Shown: piece after piece, positions 48,700 to 62,743 of the stretch
Position numbering within the stretch: position 1 is the first letter of the stretch
Layout: the number at the start of each line of letters is the position of its first letter
Assembly (NCBI GenBank): GCA_964016885.1
Contig: OZ024740.1
Location: 143,530,001-143,594,000 of the forward strand
Length of the DNA: 64,000 bases
Source: Eledone cirrhosa
Taxonomy: Eukaryota
Direction of reading: 5' to 3'
Made by a program: the position numbers and the translations under genes
The notes under the pieces: generated by a model
Told to the model about the DNA's origin: nothing
The model's database searches: none
The model's input: only the letters and a program-made list of their open reading frames with translations

Positions 48700-49190
48700 T
48701 TATCCTGGATGCTGCGATTAGGACGAGAGCCATAGCTTCCGCAGCAGAGCGGAGTAAGACCCTCAAATACTCTGATCTGTCGGTCAGCTACATTTTTCAG
48801 CCTGTGGCTTTCGAGACGTTTGGGGGGAGTCGGACCCCTGACTGCGAGGTTCCTCTCTTCACTGGCGGCTCGCCTAATAGAGGTAACTGGCGAATCTCGC
48901 GAGGGCGCTTGACTGTTCCAGCGCATTAGCCTCGCCATCATCCAAGGCAACACTGCGAGTGTGCTGACTTGCCTCAAAAAGTCATTAGAGAGGTTGCCCA
49001 GTACTCCTCGCGACGCTGCTGTCTTTTGCTCTGGTGTTGGCTCGGTTGTTCACCCCTTTCTTTACATTTTCTTTAATATTGCAACATTAAAGGAATATAT
49101 CCTTCTGAAAGAATCGCGAGCAATTTATAATGTTATCTAAGCATTTGTAATGTTATTATACTGTAAATTTAATTATATGCTCTGTTTATA
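48700..49190 (+). mobile_element. CRE element 3' fragment, close paralog of 28250-28790
   Basis: ILDAA...KTLKYSDL...QPVAFETFG...FQRISLAI plus a matching 3' UTR. Confidence 0.9.
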
Positions 49191-49782
49191 TCATATGTGT
49201 TCGTATGTTCACTCCATATGTCTAAATCGTGTATAATAACACAATAATATAAACTCATTGAACAAAAATAAAGGAAAGAAAAGGAAGGAAAAAAAGGGGG
49301 GGTTTCACCACCAAGTGTGATATTCGGCCAGACCTCACACTATATCAATCATGTAATTTTATTTTGTATATAAATATCATTACAAATAATTAAAAAAGAG
49401 AAAGAAAGGGGAAAGTAAAAAAGAAAGAAAAAACGCACATACATCTAGGACCACATACAACCAAAGGCAGGCGAACGAGGTGGACACGAAGAAGATTCAA
49501 CACAATAAAATAAGGGCAACTAGTTATATTTATGGATTATACCTCTATTTCAAAGAATTAGAAGCCACGGGTAGAATTAATTTTTGAAGCAAGCCAACAC
49601 TCTATTCGTGCTGCCTTCTAGCTTATTCTATAGAAAACGTTTGCTGGTGTTGGTTTAAACAGAGCTCCTCGCTCCAAAAACTGTTTAAACCAAAACAAAA
49701 ATCGAATAGATATTTCTGACGCTGTTTTATATGAATGCCCTCATTTATTATAATTCTTTAATGTAATTACAATTCAAGAACA

Positions 49783-49826
49783 TGTTTGATGACCCTGTGA
49801 TAAACAAGTGAAACTCAGAGTAACAA
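49783..49826 (+). ncRNA. Degenerate hammerhead ribozyme motif (probable Penelope pLTR relic)
   Basis: ugu-uUGAUGA-cccugugauaaacaagu-GAA-ACUC-a-GAGU-A-aca. Core C is mutated to U and stem II is weak. Confidence 0.45.
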
Positions 49827-50065
49827 GACTCCCTATTTAGCCCTAATAAAATTAACATTAAAACTCTACTTCGGTATTGAGTACTCCTTTCTCTTAGTCG
49901 TCAACCACATAGGGATATATATATCCCTATGTCACACGAAGTCGTCTTCCTCACTGATTAACTTTTAAGTTAACACTCTAATCGGTTGGGTTCGAATTTT
50001 AATAATTCCACAACTATATATCTATGTATAAATAAATAAATAATTATTTATTTATTTATTTATTA

Positions 50066-50740
50066 TCTATGTATATATATAAAGTTGTAGTTCCTGTCTG
50101 TTTGTTTGTTCACGAACTCCTCATATGGTTTTCGAGATAGACCCCCTTAACCATATATATTCTGAAACTACATTGCCCAGGGTACTTGGATAAGTACATT
50201 TTAATCAACCCTCGTTGAAATTTTTTTCCTTTCGATTTATATGAGATTTAAACCATAGGTAAATGACAGGATAAGATGCCTATTCACAAAAGTTTTGAAT
50301 TGATATTTTGAAAAAAATTATTTACAAGAAAGAAAATAAGAATAAGATTTAATAATGTAATTTTGATTTGATATATTACAAAAAATAATTGTTTCTACTT
50401 TTGGCACAAAGCCAACAATTATTCCAGTGCATTACTGGTACTTTATTTTATCAACCCCGTAAGGATGAAAGGCAAAGTTAACCTGGCCGGGATTTGAACT
50501 CAGAATGGCAAGGGCCGTAACTCTGCGTCAAAGCATGGCGTCCGACCCTCTACCGATACTGCCAATCCGATATTACAAAAAATAATGTTTTCCAATTTTT
50601 CATGCATTACATTTTACATTGAGTAATATTGAAATGCAGAGTTTTTCTCCATAAAATTATATCACTGATTTAAAATCAATCATCATTTTCTTACAAAAAA
50701 AAATGTGTGAAACGCAGCAAGGCGCGGGTAATTCGGCTAG
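50066..50740 (+). mobile_element. Non-autonomous Helitron with nested SINE (50385-50570)
   Basis: A|TC start, GC-rich subterminal segment, CTAG|T end. The SINE is flanked by the duplication atattacaaaaaataat. Confidence 0.7.
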
Positions 50741-51169
50741 TAAATATATATACTTCGTTTTTGTATTTGTTTTTCTAGATTTATTATCTGAAAACGTGTG
50801 TTGAAATAGATATTGTTATACTTTGGGAGGGTCATTCTGCCAATAAAAACATGCACCTCCTGGTTTTCATTTCAATTTATTATATAAACTTTCAGTCAGT
50901 TCATTTAATAACTGGATGGTTGTTTAGGTCTTGAATTTCAAAGCTTTTCCGGCACACATTCTGTAACTTCAGTGACTACCTTTGTTGTTATTTTGTGTCC
51001 CGCCTTTGTTCTGTCCTACAGAATTTTGTTTTTGTGAGCTGTGTACTTGGGCTGTGCATGTATTATATCTAGGTTTGTGTGTGTGTGTTTTTTTCTTTAT
51101 ACGTTTATTTACTTGTCACTAGTTGGTTGCTTGTTCTATCTGTGTGTGTCAGTCGAGATGTCATCCTCT

Positions 51170-51860
51170 GTTCAGTTAAGAAGGCCCCTCAGCTTTACCA
51201 CTTTGCTTGGCAAGATTATCAGGAGCCCTCCTACTTCTCCTTCGGTGACCATTTCATCCTATCTGCCACAGGGGTCTGACGGTGACACGCTCAGACCAGC
51301 TGGGTATTGATGACGTCACCAAGATGGGAGTTGACCTGGATTTGAATGTCTGGTATCTGGATGATGCTTGTTTGGGGTGTTCTCCAGATAAGATTCATGG
51401 AACCGCAAAGACGATTGAGGAACTGAGTTGCAGGGGCTTTCATGTCAACAGTTCCAAATGCGAGCTCTGGTCCCTCAACCACCCAGCTTCACATCAACAG
51501 ACTGTTGACCTGTTTACAGAGTCCTTCCCCTCTATCACGGTTCCTCCCTCATCAGCGTGGTGCTCTCTTGGAGCCCTAATTACTGACCAAACCTTCGAGT
51601 CCATCTTTCACTCTAAGTTGGCTAATCTTGAGCAAATTTTAAAAAATCTCGAAGCTTCACCAAAGTTTTTTTATACTTATGAATTACATCAATTCCTAAA
51701 TTGTTGTATTTCATCAGAATTAGCCCCTCTTACAAAATTTCGTCAACTCTCCAATACTTTGATGACTTAATATTCAATGAGCTCAAGGGCTTGGTCAATG
51801 TCTCTCTCCAGAATCCCACAACCAGGCTCCCTTGCCTAAACAGTTTGGAGGTCTGAGAAT
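51170..51860 (+). mobile_element. CRE element RT fragment
   Basis: IDDVTKMGVDLDLNVWYLDDACL...NSSKCELW, homologous to the 29342-29995 region. Confidence 0.88.
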
Positions 51861-52449
51861 TGCTATCACTTGATCCTTTTCTTACTCATGTCTGCGATGA
51901 ACATGACTTATATTCCTTTCTGCATATACTGTAATGAAACAAAAAACGTTTTTCAGCTATGGCTAGCCACAATGTTCATGCAACACACATGAAAGTTGTT
52001 TAGATGAAGCAATGCCTGTGCTTGAAGCTTTTTTAAGAAAGACCTTGCACTGGGCCAATCCCACTCTGAACAACTGTGATAGGTATCCAGAAACAAGAAC
52101 AGGTCAACATCATTGGCTGCCATTGAGTCACAGGTTTTACATCAGTTTTCCTTCTAGAATGATGTCCTAACAAGGCCTAAGGGTCTCACACTTCCGGTGG
52201 GCTAAACACACACTCAGGCACCAAACCGAGTACTCAAAGTACCTGCATATATATTATATTATGTATATATAAGAGAGTGTTGTAGTTTGGTTGAAGCATT
52301 GTCTGTAGTGTTATTTGAAGGCTATGACAATGCAAAATGAATGATAAATTTTTAAAATGAAAGCAAAGAAGATTTTTGTGTTACCTGGTAGTTTATTTAT
52401 CAGTCTTTATATTTCAGGATTAAAAAAACAAACTAGTTCAGAGCTGTAC

Positions 52450-53500
52450 ATTTTGTTTGTTATAGAATCGCCATCTTACTTTCTTTGTTTGGAAACGATG
52501 GTTTATTTATAACTGCCAGAAATGGTGGAAGATTGGCATTATATGTGGACTACTATATGTGTGTACATTTTTATGTCAAATATAGGTTTCCTCGTAGTGA
52601 AGGGCTGGAGAGAGCTAACTGTGTATCTAGTCCCTCCTTGCAGATCACCATGGTTATTTTTTTGCTGAAGTGTAGTAACTTCAGAAAGCAGGTGTTGGAG
52701 GAGGTCTTACATTTCCAGCATTTTGGACCCCGAAGACGACTTTTGATGAATGTTGGATATTCATTGGTCTCTAGGAAGTGTGCGGTGTAGGGGACCTGGT
52801 CCTCTGCCTTGCTGCATTTTTTTCCAGGAATGTGTGAATTTATTCTTTATGTATCAGGTTTTAGCACCAATGAGCAAACAGGTCTCTGCAATTGGTTTTT
52901 CTGTAGAAGTTATGGATGTCACCTTCTGTTATCCTGAGTTGGTAGTCAAGTAGAGACAGGGATCCAGGGCAGTTATGGTTTTCTACGCTGAACTACATGT
53001 TATCATCCTTGTTTATGAACATGGTAGATATTCCATTGGCCTCTTCATCAGAGAATGTGAGTAAGAGTACGTCATCTATGTATCTAGTGAAGAAGGTACA
53101 GGAGCGACAGGTGTTGAACGTTTGATGTTCTAGCTGGTCATGTAGGTGATGGCTAATAGGCCTGAAAGATTGGATCCCATGGGTAGACTTGTTGTTTGTT
53201 TGTAGGTGTGGTGATGGAAGGTGAAGTATGTGTTTTCTACAATACTGATAGGAGGTGGTGAGGCCAAAGTTGTATAGGTCGGAAGAAATGATGCAATCAG
53301 TCACAAGGTTGACCACTGGGTGAGTGGGTACTGATGTGTAGGAGACAACATTGAGGCTAAAGGTGTATCTGTTAAGTTTAAGTTGACCTGTATTTGTTAG
53401 GAAGTTGTCTTTGCCTACAGATATCAGCCTAGACTCTGTTAATGTGGTCTTCAATTTGGGTTGATGTTGTCTATTATTTCCGAAATAATCCATTGTTGCT
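52450..53500 (-). mobile_element. Penelope-like element RT fragment, decayed
   Basis: RYIDDVLLL, plus LPMGSNLSG in another frame. Confidence 0.72.
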
Positions 53501-54537
53501 GTGGTATTCAAATACCAGCTTGTTGTAGATGTCACAAGTGACAATGCAAAATTCTTTCCCTTAAATCACAAATTAAGGTACAAAGCAACGTATATATACA
53601 AAAATTATGTGTCAGTGTATAAACAGAAACTAAGTACATTTCATAATTTCTTTGTTTGTTTTTTGTTTTTTTTATTTTCAACATATAGATACAATAGAAA
53701 ATAACTTTCTTCCTGTTTCCACCATTCATCTATGGTTCTTGTGATGTTTTGTGTTCTTCAGATTCACTTGTACAAGATATGTAATTCCTGTCATTTTCTC
53801 TGCTGAAAGATGGGGCAAACAATGCATGCAAAGACAAGGTGAACTCTCTAACTGTTAGAATATTTTATATGAATAGACTACACAAAGTTGTGACAAAGTT
53901 CTTTGACATGTCTACTACTGCTGGTCCTGATTGTGGCAAAGCAGAAATAATATATTAAAAATTTCAAGATACCATGGGTCAACTGTGTTGGCTTGGGGGT
54001 AGACAATTGCTGCATAAACATGGGACAACCTAATTTAGTCATGTCTAGAATTCACAATATAAACAGTGCTTTAATTTTTATTAAGATACCCTTGTCATCT
54101 CATACATGACATTGCTTCCTTTCAGTCAAATTTAAAGATGTATGTGGTTTTTGACTTTTGCATTGATCTATTTTACTTTTTGGATAAGAGTACAAAATGA
54201 AAGGAGGAGTTAGAAGAGTTTTGTTGCTTTTACGATAGAGAATATAGGGGAATTTTAAAGAATGTCAACAAGGTGGTTAAGCCTAGAAATGGCAATTAAT
54301 TGGGTTCTACTTTTTGATGCACTGCAGTTTTTTTCATATCCTGTGATAAGCATCTCAACTTTATATGTTTGAAAGCACCCCTTCTAAACTCTCATGTTAA
54401 AAATATATTTACTATTCTATCAGGTTGTTCTGCCATCTTTCACCAATTTTAATAAAGACCTTTCCATTCACCTGCTAGACTGAATTACATTCTTTTTTGC
54501 TAGAAACTTTTAAGTAAATTTATAAAGTCGAAAGCTA

Positions 54538-55260
54538 TCTATCTATATATATAAAACTGAGGATGTGTGTGTGTATGTGCATACCCACATAACTTCCACA
54601 GTTTGCAACCGACTTTCTTCAAATTTGGAACAAACATGCATTATGTTCCCAGGAGTGTTTTGGACTCATAAAATTTCAAGTTTTTGTCTAATGTGGCCCC
54701 TAGATAAATATTAGTTGGTTGCATGAAAACTACACACATACATATACATCTAAAGAGAGAGAGAGAGAGTGAGATAGGCCGTTATACAGAGAGAGATAAA
54801 GATATTCAGATAGAGAGAGAGAATGGCGACGAACGCTGGTTTACACACGCACACACATATAAAGAGAGAGAGATCTGTGCGTTCTTGATTGTTCTTCATT
54901 CTGTAGAGAAAGAGAGAGAGGGGTTCAGAAAGAAAGAAAGATTGTAGGGGGTTGGGGAGGGAAGAAAATGATAGCAGCGTTCAATAACTTTAACTTTTAT
55001 TTATTTATTTATTCTTTAGAAACTAAAAAAAAAGAATCAATCTGTGGACACAGAAGTAAATATTTTTTTAAATGTTACAACCGAAGGAAACCAGGAAGAT
55101 AATACTTTCGTTCGTGAAGATGTTCCCTGGCAATAAATGGGAAAAAAGCGAGTATAATTATGTCGTTGTGTGGGGTGATGAGAACAATGTCTTGCAAAGA
55201 CAAAAACACGTTTATGGTTTAAATGGAGACGTTAGACTTATATTCTATTTAGAATAACTG
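54538..55260 (+). mobile_element. Helitron-like non-autonomous repeat (partial)
   Basis: TC-start tctatctatatatataaaact; segments similar to 18065-18170 and 44245-44400. Confidence 0.5.
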
Positions 55261-56119
55261 GATGATTCTCGGCTCCAGAGTTTAAGAATAATGTAAATAA
55301 AGTTGTTAAACGGAAATGACAGAGGCTATTAAAATAGTAAAAGTAAATAATTGTTTTTACTTTTTGGCACAAAGCCAGAAATTATTCCAGTGTATACTGG
55401 TACTTTATTTTATCGACCCCGTAAGGATGAAAGGCAAAGTTAACCTCAGCGGGATTTGAACTCAGACCATAAAGAGCCGTAACCCTTTGCTGCAAAGCAT
55501 GGCGTCAGGCTCTTTACCGATACTGCCAATCTTCCGATTTAGGCCAGTGCATAAATATGCGCTGACGCATACATACGCATCATACATAGATATATGCACA
55601 CACAAATATACTTATATGAGCAGCCAGTTTGAACAGAAAAAGATGAGAGAATTCTGGTCAGATATGGCTGGTTTATGCTAGTGTGGAAGATAGACGTTAA
55701 ACGATGATGATGATGATGATATATATATAATATACTTACATATACACACATATATACATGCACACATACACATATACAGATACACACATACATATACCTA
55801 CATGTATAGGCCTAAAAACATATATATATATACACACATACACAAATTCACATATGTACATACATACATATGCATATATACATATAACACATACACATAC
55901 ATATATATATATACATGCATATATACACATATTCATATACATACATACACATGACTGCTATTTAATACCCTCTGCTAGTTTTAAGTAGAATATCTTGTTT
56001 GAAAGAAGACTATGTAAAAAAATAAAGAAAATCATATGAGCTGTATGGATGTCTTTATTGGAATTATAACTCTCCTAAAACACAGAGTGAGTTTCTAGAG
56101 AATGCATCTCTTGTTTTCT

Positions 56120-57020
56120 GACACTTCCATATATATAGGTGAGCTATGAGGCCCTCTTACCAGCACTTTCCCTTCCACCCACACACGTCAGCCACCCACC
56201 CCTGATGCCGCTTGGTGCCCCACACCCCATCCCCCATCCCTCCAAGCTGACACCTGCTGCACTTGCAGCACCACTAACAAACGAAAGAGGGGCCGGAACT
56301 GTTTGGGGTGCGGCTGCTTCCACCACCTCACCTGTGTTGGCTTGACTCGTCGAACTTCCAATGCCCTCGCAGCGTGGAGGTGCAGGAGCTGCCCTTCCCC
56401 ACGACTTCCCAGCCACGGCCGTCTGGCACACCACCACATGGGACATGGAGCTTGCCTGACGCCCGAGCCTCGCTGGTCAACTTCGCTCGGCTCAGGCGGT
56501 TCCGGAAGATCACACTCAGGATCCCGAGAGCGGCACAGGTGCCGGTAGCTGATGCCCTCGCTTCCTCAATTGAGAGCGCCCTGGACTCCAATCGAGCCAG
56601 TGACTGGGAGCGGCTGTTCTATTTCACCCCACTTGCCTTCGGCCTCCCCAGCTCTGGCGCTGAATGGGGCGGCCGGTCAACAGCAGCCTTCGTCAAGGCA
56701 ATATCAAACACCCTGGGCCACCCACTGATCTCAGACCCATACCCCCACCCGACTCCCACTTGCTCCTTGTGGCTTCTGATGCAGACATCAGGTCCTTCCC
56801 AGCTAGCAGCTGTGGAAGTGAGGATGGTCTCCGACCAGGCCACCTCAAGGAGTTCACATCCCCCCTCTCCGCTGAGGCCGGGTGCCGCCTTCTGAGTGCA
56901 ATTGTGGCGCTCACCAATAGGCTCATCCATGGTGCCCTGGACTCTTACGCCCGAGGCCTCTTTTTTGGGGCCAGCCTCACCGCTCTCAGGAAGAAAAAGG
57001 GTGGCATACGCCCCATTTCT
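56120..57020 (+). mobile_element. CRE element N-terminal/early RT fragment (different subfamily)
   Basis: DGLRPGHLKE...LFFGASLTALRKKKGGIRPI; GC-rich. Confidence 0.85.
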
Positions 57021-57642
57021 CACATAATCCATATCCATGGGTTCACTTCTCTGAAGCACAAGCCTCATCAGGGGGTTTTGTAAAAGACCAGCAGTTACCC
57101 ATGCATGCAAGTCTACCCTCTATATGATACCAATGTTGTCAAAGGCAGAGGCTGGTTACAGCTTGACACTAGTGTTGTCATTTTTTCCAGCTAAGTTAAC
57201 TGGGGCAACATAAAATAAAATGCCTTGTTTGAGGACACTATGCTGTCTGGTTCAGGAATTGAACTAATCCACATTCTTCACAAGTTTTAGAAGCGTGTGA
57301 TAACAAGTCAACTAAACACGGCAAATCTTACTGCCGAATTGTTGATTTGAGAAATGTAATGTATTCAGTTCATTTTCATGTCGTCTCTACATGTTTCTTG
57401 GTCCATTTACCTATCAGTATTTAAACTGTTATTAATCTGTTATATGTTTGTATCACTTAGAATATAATCTTTTCAATATTATCGATAAATCTGTCGGACC
57501 CTCAAAAATAATCTTCTCGTATTTAAACTCCTATTATTTGTTATACGCTCGTTTAACTTTTCAATAATAAATTTGAATCTGTCAGACCTTTATAAAAATA
57601 ATCTTCTCGTAAACTTTCCCATTTCTCCCCCCCCCCCTTCTT

Positions 57643-60508
57643 TGACAATGTCAAAGATAAAGATAAATTCACCTCCTGTTGTCGGGCGAGAATGCAAGAA
57701 CTCCTCTTTATTTCAGGCACGGATGGCCAAAATAATCCCATCTCCCACACCCCTTCCTGTGCCTCCAACCTATCCCTTCCACCCACCCAACGAAATCCAA
57801 AACTTCAGAGTTGGTACCATGAATGTAGGCACTTTGAAAGTTTGCTCTAACGAGGTTGTAGAGATGCTTGAACGTAAGGAAGTTGATGTTTGTTGTGTTC
57901 AAGGACTAGATTCATTGTGGGTAAAAAACGATGCTATAAACTTTTCTGGGTGGGGTGGGGTGGTGTAGGAATTATGTTAGCAGAAAAATGGGTAGATAAG
58001 GTAATTGCCATAAATAGAGTGAACGATAGAATAATTAAAATAAGACTAGTTCTAAATAGAAGTACTGTGACAATAATATCTGCTTATGCATCCCAATCTG
58101 GCCTACCTGACGTTATAAAAGACAGATTCTATGAGTCGCTAATGCTCACTACCTCCCAAATAACCGACAGTGACTACATAATTATTGGTGGTGACCTTAA
58201 TGGTCATGTTGGACAACATTGTGACGGTTATGACGGGATCCATGGAGGCTATGGGTTTGGTACTAGAAATGAGGACGGCTTCAGAATCCTGGAATTCTGT
58301 GACGCTAATAACCTAACTATCTGTAACACAAACTTCAAAAAATGAGACAATCACTTGATCACTTATAGATCAGGGGAACACACCAGTCAGATAGATTATA
58401 TCCTTACTAGAAGACGTGACAGAGTGTCTGTTGTAAATACTAAATCCCTCCCCCGTGAAGAATGCACCTCCCAACACTGCCTCATAGTTAGCAACCTCAT
58501 ACCCAAGACTAGACATACTCGACAACAGAGGAGAAGAATATGGAAGTTGAAGGACCCCACAGCCTGTAACAAATTTAAAAGTATATTACTTGATGCTTTT
58601 GACAGTAAGAAAGAGCAATTAGAGACGTACAGCATCTGGAATGGTGGGACACACTATGGTCACCTGGATAGTAAACCAAGTAATACAGAATGGAATCATA
58701 CCAAATGACTGGCGTAGCAGCATCATCATTAACTGCTACAAGGGTAAAGGAGATGCTCTAGATAGGGGAAATTATAGAGGCATTAAGTTAGTTGACCAGG
58801 TCATGAAGGTCACAGAAAGAGTTATAGTGCAACTAATCAGAGAGCGAATTGATCTAGATGAAATGCAGTTTGGGTTTGTGTCAGGTAAAAGTACCACACA
58901 CTCTTTTCATTGTACGACAACTACAGGAGAAGTACCTAGATAAAAGTAAACCCCTCTACTTAGCTTTTATTGACTTGGAGAAAGCCTTTGACAGAGTCTC
59001 CCCACCCCCCTTCATTATCTGGTGGACTCTTAGAAAACTTGGTGTTGATGAATGGCTTGTGATAGCTATACAAGCCATGTATAGAGGAACAGTCAGCAAG
59101 GTTAGAATTAACAATAAATATAGTGAAGAATTTAGCATCAAAGTTGGTGTTCATCAAGGCTCTGTCCTTAGCCCCCTCTTATTTATTATTGCCCTTCAAG
59201 CTATAACAGAGGAGTTCAAGACCGGCTGCCCATGGGAACTTCTATATGCAGATGATCTAACTCTCATAGCTGAATCGATGGCTGAACTAGAGAAGAAATT
59301 CCAAACATGAAAGCATGGCCTAGAATCAAAAGGCCTTAAAGTTAACTTGTCTAAGACTAAAGTTCTAGTATGTAGAAAGGAAAATAGGGCACAGGTGCCC
59401 TCTGGGAAATGGCCATGCTCAGTGTGTAGGAAAGGAGAAGGCAGAAATTCCATTTTATGTCCCAAATGCAAACTATGGGTACATAAAAGATGTAGTGGGA
59501 TCACAGGTAAATTATCTAAGAACGTAGATTTTATATGTGGTCGATGCTCAGGTTCAATAAGTAGCAAGTGCCCACAGGATACTAGCTCCTTCTATTGCCC
59601 AGATGGTTCTATAGAAATAGTGGACACTTTCCGTTGCCTGGGTGACAAAATCAGCAGTGGTGGAGGGTGCTCTGAAAGTACAGTAGCCAGAGTCAGAACG
59701 GGATGGAAAAAGTTCAGAGAGCTTATACCATTATTGGCCACTAAAGGTTTCTCTCTAAAAATGAAAGGTAGATTGTAAGATGCCTGTATACAAACAGCAA
59801 TGTCTAATAGTAATATACGCGAATGGCAAAAGATAAATGAACTAAGTGAGAAATTAGGAATAAGAGGGATCAGATGCTGTTTACTTCAGAGAAGACTATG
59901 TTGGTATGGTCACGTGATGCACATGAAAGACGACAGCTGTATAAAAAAGTGCAGGGCGATCAAAATTGATGGAAGTTACAGAGTAGGTAGACCCAGAAAA
60001 ACCTGGGATGATTTGATAAATTCCGACCTTACACACTTACACCTCTCTAAGACAATGTTACTGGACCGAGATCTTTGTGCATAGTGAAACCTTCAGTCAG
60101 TAGGCACCGCTTAACCAACGCCTTGCCTATGTGCATAGTGAAACCTACAGTCAGTAGGCACCGCTTAACCAAATATACACCCCATCCTACTACCCCCGAC
60201 TCCACCCTCCCACTCCCGCCAACACCACCCTTTCCCTGTAAAGTTATGTTGGTACCACAACATCCACTCCAAAATAAATGAGGTTGTGTAGGTCTCATGA
60301 TAAAAAAACACAGTCCACGCTGTAAGGTGGCCGTGTAGGTAACACAGTAAAAAGCTCCCAGTCCACACTGTAAATGTGGTTGGTGTTAGGAAGGGCATCC
60401 AGCCGTAGCAAACCTGCCAGCCAGTCCTATACGAGCAAGACACGGTCACCCGACCGTCTAAACCCATGCTAGCGTGGAAGATAGACATTAAACAATGATG
60501 ATGATGAC
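57643..60508 (+). mobile_element. RTE LINE with both ends and internal deletions (duplicate of the element ending at 1940)
   Basis: Same 5' start as 40832; APE, RT (YADD), PHD-like Cys/His cluster and (GAT)n tail. Confidence 0.95.
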
Positions 60509-60903
60509 ATTTCTTGTATTCAAAGACAAACAGAAGAGTAAAGACTTCTGGTTATGAATATCAGAAAGAGTAAAGAACTTAGAGAAATTAATGGATGTTC
60601 ATTGATTTCATCTGTCCAGTAAAATCGGCTGCAATAATATACAAACGGTGTAAAATATAAACTTCAGGTATCAACATTTACATATGACTCATTTTTATTT
60701 GAGTATTGACAATAAATCATCATCATCATTTAATGTCTATTTTCCATGCTAACATGGGTTAGACGAGTTGTCCCATTTGAAGCAAGTCAGGTAAGATGTT
60801 ACAGTGTTTCTCTCATTGATAATTCGACAATCACAAAAATAATGTTTAAAAAAAAATCTTGTATTTTGAACTAAAATATTTTGCTTTTTCATTTTTTCAG
60901 ATA

Positions 60904-60943
60904 ATGAAGATTCTACCACTACTCTATTTGCTGGCAATGACTT
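60904..60943 (+). CDS. Paralog B coding exon 1 (MKILPLLYLLAMT)
   Basis: Same splice sites as 2335-2374; one synonymous change TTA>CTA. Confidence 0.83.
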
Positions 60944-61135
60944 GTAAGTGATTTATCACCATCACCATCAACATCATCATCACCGTTTTACATCTGCTTT
61001 TCTATGCTTGCATGGGTTGGAAGTGTCTTTTCTAGCACAACCTCCTTCTACTCATTGTGGTACTTCGTCATCTCTGGTACCTTCAGCAATTTCAGATGAG
61101 CACTCAAAACCTCTGCCCTGATCTGCCTTGGACGC

Positions 61136-62300
61136 TTAATGCAGCTTTCTTCCACTGGCATTTGTGCATCCAAACGGAAGACGGGTAAATTCGTATATTC
61201 GGCCACAGGCTTCGAATGCAGTCAACTTAAAGTCGGAAGATTTGATGGGTATTTGGTGATAAGCTGCCTTTAGATCTATTTTCGAGAAATACGTGTGTTT
61301 TGAAATTTTGTTGAGTAGGTCTTCGATTATGGCTTTAGGGTATGAATCTAATGGTGTGTAACGATTTATAGTGCCTGAGTAGTCTATGACAAGCCTTTTT
61401 TTGTTTTCTTGATCTATTACGAAACACTGCGCTCTCCATGGGCTTCTGCTCTGTTGAATTATTCCAGCTTTAAGCATTCTGTCGATTTCCGTTTTAATGA
61501 ATTGCTGATCTTTATTGTATTTTCGAGGAGGTATAGATAATGGTTTTAATTTTGTAGTATCGATTCCAGGCATTAAATCATATTCTTCACAATTCAGAGT
61601 TTGCATTGACATACATATCGTGACTGCTCTCATGTCCCCTGCATATTTTATTGTTAAAGACTTATGCCTTTTAAGTATATCAAGAGCCATAACTACTGGA
61701 GCAAAGAGTTTGTCAACCACCATTAGATCGATGTGGTATTCTCGGCCCTCCCATTCTAATGTTGTTTCAAATGTACCTCGTATTATGAGTTTACTGTTGT
61801 CGGCTAAAATTACACTCTTATTCTTAGTTTTCTTGAATTTACTTTGCCATTTCGACAAGTGGTTCATGTCAATGAAAGACTTGTCTGAGCCTGTGTCAAG
61901 TAAACCTTCTGTTTTATGTGAATTGACATAAATTGTTAAAAAGTTTGTATTATGATTCACGGAAGCAAGTTTATAGCAGGCAGCAAGATTACTGCCATCA
62001 TTGGAGCCCTCGTTATTATTCAAGACTGCTGCGTGTTTTATCTTCTTTACTACCTTCTTATTTTTAACAAAACATACTGTTGCCCAGTGGCCTTTCTTGT
62101 GGCAGAAATTGCAAGTTGAATTTTTTGCAGGGCACTCTGATTTTTGGTGATATGTACCACCACACCAGAAACATTTTAATGAAGAAGCAGCGAATACGGG
62201 TTGTGACGGCGGTTGTATTGTTGTTGTTGACAGATTTTGTGCGTCTTCTATTGCCAGTTCTAATGTGAGAGCAGTTTGGAATGTTTTATCTAGATTTTTG
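61136..62300 (-). mobile_element. Ty3/Gypsy pol fragment, copy B (protease-RT frame uninterrupted)
   Basis: ORF 61136-62023: LLDTGS...IDLKAAYHQI...RLPFG. Confidence 0.9.
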
Positions 62301-62701
62301 AAACTCCTACCTGTATCTTGAATACATCACTAAACTCATTACCTGCTCTCATTTTACTGACAGCACCTTTGTACATAGCTTGCATGGCTCTCATGACCCA
62401 CTCATCTACACCCAGCTTCCTTAAGGACCACCAGATAACAGATCAATGTATAATTCTCTCTACAAGTATTAAATGTGTTATTATTCTAACAAAAGTAGAA
62501 ATCCAGTTTTTCTTATCTGTAATTCAGCAACAAGCCTTTTAAGACCATTTTCCTTGCTATATTAAGGGTTATCCCTTCATGGCATCCTTTTTGAGGCAAT
62601 ATTTTACAGCCACATTCCCTTCCTGTTGAAACCTCTTTTAGTCACCTCTTACAACACACATGGTTATGTAAAATCTGAAAATATATTTTCATCTTTTATA
62701 G

Positions 62702-62743
62702 ATATATCAATGGTCAATGCAAAGCTTAACATTGAAGCAAATG
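62702..62743 (+). CDS. Paralog B coding exon 2 (YISMVNA^KLNIEAN)
   Basis: Same splice sites as 4120-4161; CAG>AAG (Q>K) at the predicted mature N-terminal residue. Confidence 0.8.
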
